A DNA stretch of 64,000 bases from Eledone cirrhosa (taxonomy: Eukaryota): positions 18,476,001 to 18,540,000 of the forward strand of contig OZ024753.1 in NCBI GenBank assembly GCA_964016885.1, in the 5' to 3' direction. Shown one piece after another: positions 55,051 through 64,000 of this stretch (the stretch's first letter is position 1; each line of letters opens with the position of its first letter). A program made the translations under genes and the position numbers. The notes below the pieces were generated by a model. It was given only the letters and a program-made list of their open reading frames with translations. It searched no databases and was not told where the DNA came from.

Positions 55051-58000
55051 TTTCACCAGACTGTCAGCCATTCTCCCTGCTTTCAACAGACTGTCAGCCT
55101 TTCTCCCTTCTTTCAACAGACTCTCAGCCTTTCCCCCTTCTTTCAACAGACTGTCAGCCTTTCTCCCTTCTTTCAACAGACTGTCAGCCATTCTACCTGC
55201 TTTCAACAGACTGTAAGCCTTTCTCCCTTCTTTCAACAGACTGTCAGCCTCTCTCCCTTCTTTCACCAGACTGTCAGCCTCTCTCTCTTATTTCAAAAAA
55301 CTGTCAGACTTTTTCCCTTCTTTCACCAGACTGTCAGCCTCTCTCCCTTATTTCAACAGACTGTCAGCCTTTCTCCCTTCTTTCAACAGACTGTCAGCCT
55401 TTCTCCCTTCTTTCAACAGACTGTCAGCCTCTCTCCCTTATTTCAACAGACTGTCAGCCTTTCTCCCTTCTTTCAAGAGACTGTCAGCCTTTCTCCCTTC
55501 TTTCACCAGACTATCAGCCTTTCTCCCTTCTTTCACCAGTCTGTCAGCCTCTCTGCATTCTTTCACCAGAATGTCAGCCTTTCTCCCTTCTTTCACGAGG
55601 CTGTCAGCCTTTCTCCCTTCTTTCAACAGACTGTCAGCCTCTCTCCCTTCATTCAACAGCCTGTCAGCCTTTCTCCCTTCTTTCAACAGACTCTCAGCCT
55701 TTCTCGCTTCTTTCAACAGTCTGTCAGCCATTCTCCATTTATTCAACAGAATGTCAGCCTTTCAGCCTTCTTTCACCAGACTGTCAGCCATTCTCCCTGT
55801 TTCAACAAACTGTCAGCCTTTCTCCCTTCTTTCAACAGACTATCAGCCTCTCTCCCTTCTTTCAGCAGACTGTCAGCCTTTCACCCTTCTTTCAAGAGAC
55901 TGCCAACCTTTCTCCCTTCTTTCAACAGACTGTCAGCCTCTCTCCCATCATTCAACAGACTGTCAGCCTTTCTCCCTTCTTTCAACAGACTGCCAGCCTT
56001 TCTCCCTTCATTCAACAGACTGTCAGCCTTTCTCCCTGCTTTCAACAGACTGTCAGCCTTTCTCCCTTCTTTCAACAGATTATCAGCCTTTCTCCCTGCT
56101 TTCAACAGACTGTCAGCCTTTCTCCCTTCTTTCAACAGACTGTCAGCCTCTCTCCCTTCTTTCAACAGACTGTCAGACTTTCTCCCTTCTTTCAACAGAC
56201 TGTCAGCCTTTCTCCCTTCTTTCAACAGACTGTCATCCTTTCTCCCTTCTTTCACCAGACTGTCAGCCTCTCTCCCTTCTTTCACCAGACTGTCAGCCTT
56301 TCTCACTTCTTTCAAAATACTGTCATCTTTTATCCCTTCTTTCAACAGACTGTCAGCTTCTCTGCCTTCTTTCACCAGACTGTCAGCCTCTCTCCCTTCT
56401 TTCAACAGACTGTCAGCCTTTCTCCCTTCTTGCACCAGACTGTCAGCCTTTCTCCCTTCTTTCAACAGACTGTCAGCCTTTCTCCCTTCTTTCAACAGAC
56501 TTTCAGCCCTTTTCCATTCTTTCACCAGACTGTCAGCCTCTCTCCCTTCTTTCACCAGACTGTCAGCCATTCTCCCTTCTTTCAACAGACTGTCAGTCTT
56601 TCTCCCTTCTTTCAACAGACTGCCAGCCTTTCTCCCTTCTTTCAACAGACTGAAAGCCTCTCTCCCTTCTTTCAACAGACCGTCAGCCTCTCTCCTTCTT
56701 TCAACAGACTATCTGCCTTTCTCCCTTCTTTCACCAGACTGTCAGCCTTTCTCGCTTCTTTCAACAGACTGTCAGCCTCTCTCCCTTCTTTCAACAGACT
56801 GTTAGCCTCTCTCCCTTCTTTCAACAGACTTTCAGCCTTTCTCCCTTCTTTCAACAGACTGTCAGCCTTTCTCCCATCTTTCACCAGACTGTCAGTCTTT
56901 CTCCCTTCTTTCAACAGAGTATCAGCTTCTCCCCCTTCTTTCACCAGAATGTCAGCCTCTCTCCCTTCTTTCACTAGACTGTCAGCCTGTCTCCCTTCTT
57001 TCAACAGACTGTCAGCCTTTCTCCCTTCTTTCACCAGACTGTCAGCCTCTCTCCCTTCTTTCACCAGACTGTCAGCCTCGCTCCCTTATTTCAACAGACT
57101 GTCATTCTTTCTCCCTTCTTTCAACAGACTGTCAGCCTTTCTCCCTTCTTTCAACAGACTGTCAGCCTTTCTCCCTTCTTTCAACAGACTTTCAGTCCTT
57201 TTACATTCTTTCACCAGACTGTCAGCCTCTCTCCCTTCTTTCACCAGACTGTCAGCCTCTCTCCCTTCTTTCACCAGACTGTCAGCCTTTCTCCCTTCTT
57301 TCAACAGACTGTCAGCCTTTCTCCCTTCTTTCACCAGACTGTCAGCCTCTCTCCCTTCTTTCACCAGACTGTCAGCCTCGCTCCCTTCTTTCAACAGACT
57401 GTCAGCCTTTCTCCCTTCTTTCAACAGACTGTCAGCCTTTCTCCCTTCTTTCACCAGACTGTCAGCCATTCTCCCTGCTTTCAACAGACTGTCAGCCTTT
57501 CTCCCTTCTTTCAACAGACTCTCAGCCTTTCCCCCTTCTTTCAACAGACTGTCAGCCTTTCTCCCTTCTTTCAACAGACTGTCAGCCATTCTACCTGCTT
57601 TCAACAGACTGTAAGTCTTTCTCCCTTCTTTCAACAGACTGTCAGCCTCTCTCCCTTCTTTCACCAGACTGTCAGCCTCTCTCTCTTATTTCAAAAAACT
57701 GTCAGACTTTTTCCCTTCTTTCACCAGACTGTCAGCCTCTCTCCCTTATTTCAACAGACTGTCAGCCTTTCTCCCTTCTTTCAACAGACTGTCAGCCTTT
57801 CTCCCTTCTTTCAACAGACTGTCAGCCTCTCTCCCTTATTTCAACAGACTGTCAGCCTTTCTCCCTTCTTTCAAGAGACTGTCAGCCTTTCTCCCTTCTT
57901 TCACCAGACTATCAGCCTTTCTCCCTTCTTTCACCAGTCTGTCAGCCTCTCTGCATTCTTTCACCAGAATGTCAGCCTTTCTCCCTTCTTTCACGAGGCT

Positions 58001-61000
58001 GTCAGCCTTTCTCCCTTCTTTCAACAGACTGTCAGCCTCTCTCCCTTCATTCAACAGCCTGTCAGCCTTTCTCCCTTCTTTCAACAGACTGTCAGCCTTT
58101 CTCGCTTCTTTCAACAGTCTGTCAGCCATTCTCCATTTATTCAACAGAATGTCAGCCTTTCACCCTTCTTTCACCAGACTGTCAGCCATTCTCCCTGTTT
58201 CAACAAACTGTCAGCCTTTCTCCCTTCTTTCAACAGACTATCAGCCTCTCTCCCTTCTTTCAGCAGACTGTCAGCCTTTCACCCTTCTTTCAAGAGACTG
58301 CCAACCTTTCTCCCTTCTTTCAACAGACTGTCAGCCTCTCTCCCATCATTCAACAGACTGTCAGCCTTTCTCCCTTCTTTCAACAGACTGCCAGCCTTTC
58401 TCCCTTCATTCAACAGACTGTCAGCCTTTCTCCCTGCTTTCAACAGACTGTCAGCCTTTCTCCCTTCTTTCAACAGATTATCAGCCTTTCTCCCTGCTTT
58501 CAACAGACTGTCAGCCTTTCTCCCTTCTTTCAACAGACTGTCAGCCTCTCTCCCTTCTTTCAACAGACTGTCAGACTTTCTCCCTTCTTTCAACAGACTG
58601 CCAGCCTTTCTCCCTTCTTTCAACAGACTGTCAGCCTTTCTCCCTTCTTTCAACAGACTGTCATCCTTTCTCCCTTCTTTCACCAGACTGTCAGCCTCTC
58701 TCCCTTCTTTCACCAGACTGTCAGCCTTTCTCACTTCTTTCAAAATACTGTCATCTTTTATCCCTTCTTTCAACAGACTGTCAGCTTCTCTGCCTTCTTT
58801 CACCAGACTGTCAGCCTCTCTCCCTTCTTTCAACAGACTGTCAGCCTTTCTCCCTTCTTGTACCAGACTGTCAGCCTTTCTCCCTTCTTTCAACAGACTG
58901 TCAGCCTTTCTCCCTTCTTTCAACAGACTTTCAGCCCTTTTCCATTCTTTCACCAGACTGTCAGCCTCTCTCCCTTCTTTCACCAGACTGTGAGCCTTTC
59001 TCCCTTCTTTCAACAGACTGTCAGACTTTCTCCCTTCTTTCAACAGACTGCCAGCCTTTCTCCCTTCTTTCAACAGACTGAAAGCCTCTCCCCCTTCTTT
59101 CAACAGACCGTCAGCCTCTCTCCTTCTTTCAACAGACTATCTGCCTTTCTCCCTTCTTTCACCAGACTGTCAGCCTTTCTCGCTTCTTTCAACAGACTGT
59201 CAGCCTCTCTCCCTTCTTTCAACAGACTGTTAGCCTCTCTCCCTTCTTTCAACAGACTTTCAGCCTTTCTCCCTTCTTTCAACAGACTGTCAGCCTCTCT
59301 CCCTTCTTTCACCAGACTGTCAGCCTCTCTCTCTTATTTCAACAGACTGTCAGACTTTCTTCCTTCTTTCACCAGACTGTCAGCCTTTCTCGCTTCTTTC
59401 AACAGACTGTCAGCCTCTCTCCCTTCTTTCAACAGACTGTTAGACTCTCTCCCTTCTTTCAACAGACTTTCAGCCTTTCTCCCTTCTTTCAACAGACTGT
59501 CAGCCTTTCTCCCATCTTTCACCAGACTGTCAGTCTTTCTCCCTTCTTTCAACAGAGTATCAGCTTCTCCCCCTTCTTTCACCAGACTGTCAGCCTCTCT
59601 CCCTTCTTTCACTAGACTGTCAGCCTGTCTCCCTTCTTTCAACAGACTGTCAGCCTTTCTCCCTTCTTTCACCAGACTGTCAGCCTCTCTCCCTTCTTTC
59701 ACCAGACTGTCAGCCTCGCTCCCTTATTTCAACAGACTGTCAGCCTTTCTCCCTTCTTTCAACAGACTGTCAGCCTTTCTCCCTTCTTTCAACAGACTGT
59801 CAGCCTTTCTCCCTTCTTTCAACAGACTTTCAGTCCTTTTACATTCTTTCACCAGACTGTCAGCCTTTCTCCCTTCTTTCACCAGACTGTCAGCCTCTCT
59901 CCCTTCTTTCACCAGACTGTCAGCCTCGCTCCCTTCTTTCAACAGACTGTCAGCCTTTCTCCCTTCTTTCAACAGACTGTCAGCCTTTCTCCCTTCTTTC
60001 ACCAGACTGTCAGCCATGCTCCCTGCTTTCAACAGACTGTCAGCCTTTCTCCCTTCTTTCAACAGACTCTCAGCCTTTCCCCCTTCTTTCAACAGACCGT
60101 CAGCCTTTCTCCCTTCTTTCAACAGACTGTCAGCCATTCTACCTGCTTTCAACAGACTGTAAGCCTTTCTCCCTTCTTTCAACAGACTGTCAGCCTCTCT
60201 CCCTTCTTTCACCAGACTGTCAGCCTCTCTCTCTTATTTCAAAAAACTGTCAGACTTTTTCCCTTCTTTCACCAGACTGTCAGCCGCTCTCTCTTATTTC
60301 AACAGACTGTCAGACTTTCTTCCTTCTTTCACCAGACTGTCAGCCTCTCTCCCTTCTTTCAACGGACTGTCAGCCTTTCTCCCTTCTTTCACCAGACTGT
60401 CAGCCTTTGTCCCTTCTTTCAACAGACTGTCAGACTTTCTCCCTTCTTTCACCAGACTGTCAGCCTCTCTCCCTTCTTTCAACAGACTGTCAGCCTTTCT
60501 CCCTTCTTTCACCAGACTGTCAGCCTTTGTCCCTTCTTTCAACAAACTGTCAGCCTTTCTAGCTACTTTCAACAGACTGTCAGCCTCTCTCCCTTCTTTC
60601 AACAGACTGTCAGCCTTTCTCCCTTCTTTCACCAGACTGTCAGCCTTTGTCCCTTCTTTCAACAAACTGTCAGCCTTTCTAGCTACTTTCACCAGACTGT
60701 CAGCCATTCTCCCTGCTTTCAACAGACTGTCAGCCTTTCTCCCTTCTTTCAACAGACTCTCAGCCTTTCCCCCTTCTTTCAACAGACTGTCAGCCTTTCT
60801 CCCTTCTTTCAACAGACTGTCAGCCATTCTACCTGCTTTCAACAGACTGTAAGCCTTTCTCCCTTCTTTCAACAGACTGTCAGCCTCTCTCCCTTCTTTC
60901 ACCAGACTGTCAGCCTCTCTCTCTTATTTCAAAAAACTGTCAGACTTTTTCCCTTCTTTCACCAGACTGTCAGCCTCTCTCCCTTATTTCAACAGACTGT

Positions 61001-64000
61001 CAGCCTTTCTCCCTTCTTTCAACAGACTGTCAGCCTTTCTCCCTTCTTTCAACAGACTGTCAGCCTCTCTCCCTTATTTCAACAGACTGTCAGCCTTTCT
61101 CCCTTCTTTCAAGAGACTGTCAGCCTTTCTCCCTTCTTTCACCAGACTATCAGCCTTTCTCCCTTCTTTCACCAGTCTGTCAGCCTCTCTGCATTCTTTC
61201 ACCAGAATGTCAGCCTTTCTCCCTTCTTTCACGAGGCTGTCAGCCTTTCTCCCTTCTTTCAACAGACTGTCAGCCTCTCTCCCTTCATTCAACAGCCTGT
61301 CAGCCTTTCTCCCTTCTTTCAACAGACTCTCAGCCTTTCTCGCTTCTTTCAACAGTCTGTCAGCCATTCTCCATTTATTCAACAGAATGTCAGCCTTTCA
61401 CCCTTCTTTCACCAGACTGTCAGCCATTCTCCCTGTTTCAACAAACTGTCAGCCTTTCTCCCTTCTTTCAACAGACTATCAGCCTCTCTCCCTTCTTTCA
61501 GCAGACTGTCAGCCTTTCACCCTTCTTTCAAGAGACTGCCAACCTTTCTCCCTTCTTTCAACAGACTGTCAGCCTCTCTCCCATCATTCAACAGACTGTC
61601 AGTCTTTCTCCCTTCTTTCAACAGACTGCCAGCCTTTCTCCCTTCATTCAACAGACTGTCAGCCTTTCTCCCTGCTTTCAACAGACTGTCAGCCTTTCTC
61701 CCTTCTTTCAACAGATTATCAGCCTTTCTCCCTGCTTTCAACAGACTGTCAGCCTTTCTCCCTTCTTTCAACAGACTGTCAGCCTCTCTCCCTTCTTTCA
61801 ACAGACTGTCAGACTTTCTCCCTTCTTTCAACAGACTGTCAGCCTTTCTCCCTTCTTTCAACAGACTGTCATCCTTTCTCCCTTCTTTCACCAGACTGTC
61901 AGCCTCTCTCCCTTCTTTCACCAGACTGTCAGCCTTTCTCACTTCTTTCAAAATACTGTCATCTTTTATCCCTTCTTTCAACAGACTGTCAGCTTCTCTG
62001 CCTTCTTTCACCAGACTGTCAGCCTCTCTCCCTTCTTTCAACAGACTGTCAGCCTTTCTCCCTTCTTGCACCAGACTGTCAGCCTTTCTCCCTTCTTTCA
62101 ACAGACTCTCAGCCTTTCTCCCTTCTTTCAACAGACTTTCAGCCCTTTTCCATTCTTTCACCAGACTGTCAGCCTCTCTCCCTTCTTTCACCAGACTGTC
62201 AGCCATTCTCCCTTCTTTCAACAGACTGTCAGTCTTTCTCCCTTCTTTCAACAGACTGCCAGCCTTTCTCCCTTCTTTCAACAGACTGAAAGCCTCTCTC
62301 CCTTCTTTCAACAGACCGTCAGCCTCTCTCCTTCTTTCAACAGACTATCTGCCTTTCTCCCTTCTTTCACCAGACTGTCAGCCTTTCTCGCTTCTTTCAA
62401 CAGACTGTCAGCCTCTCTCCCTTCTTTCAACAGACTGTTAGCCTCTCTCCCTTCTTTCAACAGACTTTCAGCCTTTCTCCCTTCTTTCAACAGACTGTCA
62501 GCCTTTCTCCCATCTTTCACCAGACTGTCAGTCTTTCTCCCTTCTTTCAACAGAGTATCAGCTTCTCCCCCTTCTTTCACCAGACTGTCAGCCTCTCTCC
62601 CTTCTTTCACTAGACTGTCAGCCTGTCTCCCTTCTTTCAACAGACTGTCAGCCTTTCTCCCTTCTTTCACCAGACTGTCAGCCTCTCTCCCTTCTTTCAC
62701 CAGACTGTCAGCCTCGCTCCCTTATTTCAACAGACTGTCAGCCTTTCTCCCTTCTTTCAACAGACTGTCAGCCTTTCTCCCTTCTTTCAACAGACTGTCA
62801 GCCTTTCTCCCTTCTTTCAACAGACTTTCAGTCCTTTTACATTCTTTCACCAGACTGTCAGCCTCTCTCCCTTCTTTCACCAGACTGTCAGCCTCTCTCC
62901 CTTCTTTCACCAGACTGTCAGCCTTTCTCCCTTCTTTCAACAGACTGTCAGCCTTTCTCCCTTCTTTCACCAGACTGTCAGCCTCTCTCCCTTCTTTCAC
63001 CAGACTGTCAGCCTCGCTCCCTTCTTTCAACAGACTGTCAGCCTTTCTCCCTTCTTTCAACAGACTGTCAGCCTTTCTCCCTTCTTTCACCAGACTGTCA
63101 GCCATTCTCCCTGCTTTCAACAGACTGTCAGCCTTTCTCACTTCTTTTAACAGACTCTCAGCCTTTCCCCCTTCTTTCAACAGACTGTCAGCCTTTCTCC
63201 CTTCTTTCAACAGACTGTCAGCCATTCTACCTGCTTTCAACAGACTGTAAGTCTTTCTCCCTTCTTTCAACAGACTGTCAGCCTCTCTCCCTTCTTTCAC
63301 CAGACTGTCAGCCTCTCTCTCTTATTTCAAAAAACTGTCAGACTTTTTCCCTTCTTTCACCAGACTGTCAGCCTCTCTCCCTTATTTCAACAGACTGTCA
63401 GCCTTTCTCCCTTCTTTCAACAGACTGTCAGCCTTTCTCCCTTCTTTCAACAGACTGTCAGCCTCTCTCCCTTATTTCAACAGACTGTCAGCCTTTCTCC
63501 CTTCTTTCAAGAGACTGTCAGCCTTTCTCCCTTCTTTCACCAGACTATCAGCCTTTCTCCCTTCTTTCACCAGTCTGTCAGCCTCTCTGCATTCTTTCAC
63601 CAGAATGTCAGCCTTTCTCCCTTCTTTCACGAGGCTGTCAGCCTTTCTCCCTTCTTTCAACAGACTGTCAGCCTCTCTCCCTTCATTCAACAGCCTGTCA
63701 GCCTTTCTCCCTTCTTTCAACAGACTGTCAGCCTTTCTCGCTTCTTTCAACAGTCTGTCAGCCATTCTCCATTTATTCAACAGAATGTCAGCCTTTCACC
63801 CTTCTTTCACCAGACTGTCAGCCATTCTCCCTGTTTCAACAAACTGTCAGCCTTTCTCCCTTCTTTCAACAGACTATCAGCCTCTCTCCCTTCTTTCAGC
63901 AGACTGTCAGCCTTTCACCCTTCTTTCAAGAGACTGCCAACCTTTCTCCCTTCTTTCAACAGACTGTCAGCCTCTCTCCCATCATTCAACAGACTGTCAG
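55051..64000. repeat. Higher-order repeat, 5,636-bp unit (188 monomers, net -4 bp) made of related 2,398- and 3,238-bp subunits; about 1.6 copies visible
   Basis: Offset 5,636 for 55438/61074, 55881/61517, 56672/62308, 57086/62722 and 57836/63472. Internal offsets are 2,398 (55438/57836, 61074/63472) and 3,238 (57836/61074). Confidence 0.92.

Larger units (their letters stand above)
1..64000. repeat. Tandem satellite array, 30-bp monomer CAACAGACTGTCAGCCTTTCTCCCTTCTTT, about 2,130 head-to-tail copies
   Basis: Every 60-nt line holds two monomers in register (e.g. 1381-1410 caacagactg tcagcctttc tcccttcttt). Register shifts occur only at rare 28-, 29- or 32-bp monomers. Most monomers differ from consensus by 0-3 substitutions. 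The consensus is 14/30 G+C, 22/30 pyrimidine on the + strand and has no CpG. Confidence 0.99.

Noticed and set aside
96-63250. Long + strand ORFs up to 1,568 aa (LSAFLPSFNR, DCQPFSLLST and TVSLSPFFQQ repeats)
   Set aside because: The consensus has no stop in any + frame, so long ORFs are expected. Single ORFs drift through all three peptide registers at indel monomers, overlap each other, and have no unique domains.
407-63780. Minus-strand KEGRKADSLL repeat as a giant charged repeat protein
   Set aside because: It is the most protein-like frame, but it is broken every few hundred bases by propagated stops (ccttatttc gives TAA, tttcaccc gives TGA) and frameshifts. Most variants are non-synonymous. 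An ancestral coding origin cannot be excluded but has no support here.
1-64000. CRISPR array (30-bp repeat, with minus-strand GTTGAAAG resembling common CRISPR repeat ends)
   Set aside because: Monomers abut directly with no unique spacers, and there is no leader or cas gene in the window.
1-64000. Variant-cassette, antigenic-variation or information-storage system encoded in monomer order
   Set aside because: The variant order is explained by nested duplication and deletion. No recombinase, reverse transcriptase, expression site or reading-frame conservation is present.
1-64000. Telomeric repeat or G-quadruplex array
   Set aside because: The minus strand has only one GGG and one GG per 30 bp with long loops, and the heterogeneous HOR structure does not fit telomerase-templated synthesis.
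1-64000. Pure sequencing or assembly artefact
   Set aside because: Hierarchically shared variants plus private substitutions indicate real evolutionary history. The exact copy number of the near-identical HORs still needs read validation.

Overview
The whole 64-kb window is one uninterrupted, single-orientation tandem array of a 30-bp monomer (consensus CAACAGACTGTCAGCCTTTCTCCCTTCTTT, about 2,130 copies). The array runs off both window ends. I see no unique sequence, transposon, RNA gene or CRISPR spacer, and no credible protein-coding gene. The long ORFs arise because the monomer length is a multiple of 3 and four of its six frames lack stops; recurrent indels and stops break them. The real structure is the order of monomer variants, which reveals nested higher-order repeats (HORs): a 4,379-bp unit at the left, about 4 near-identical 5,037-bp (168-mer) copies at 16.7-36.7 kb, 1,948-bp and 1,170-bp duplications, a 5,636-bp unit (2,398 + 3,238) at the right, and two duplications spaced about 10 kb apart. 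All are built from a shared set of ordered monomer cassettes. This is most consistent with a young, actively amplifying eukaryotic satellite array. I cannot identify the organism or satellite family, and the sequence alone does not support a new gene-based system. Periods come from offsets between matching ORF-track entries, spot-checked by eye, so boundaries are approximate.
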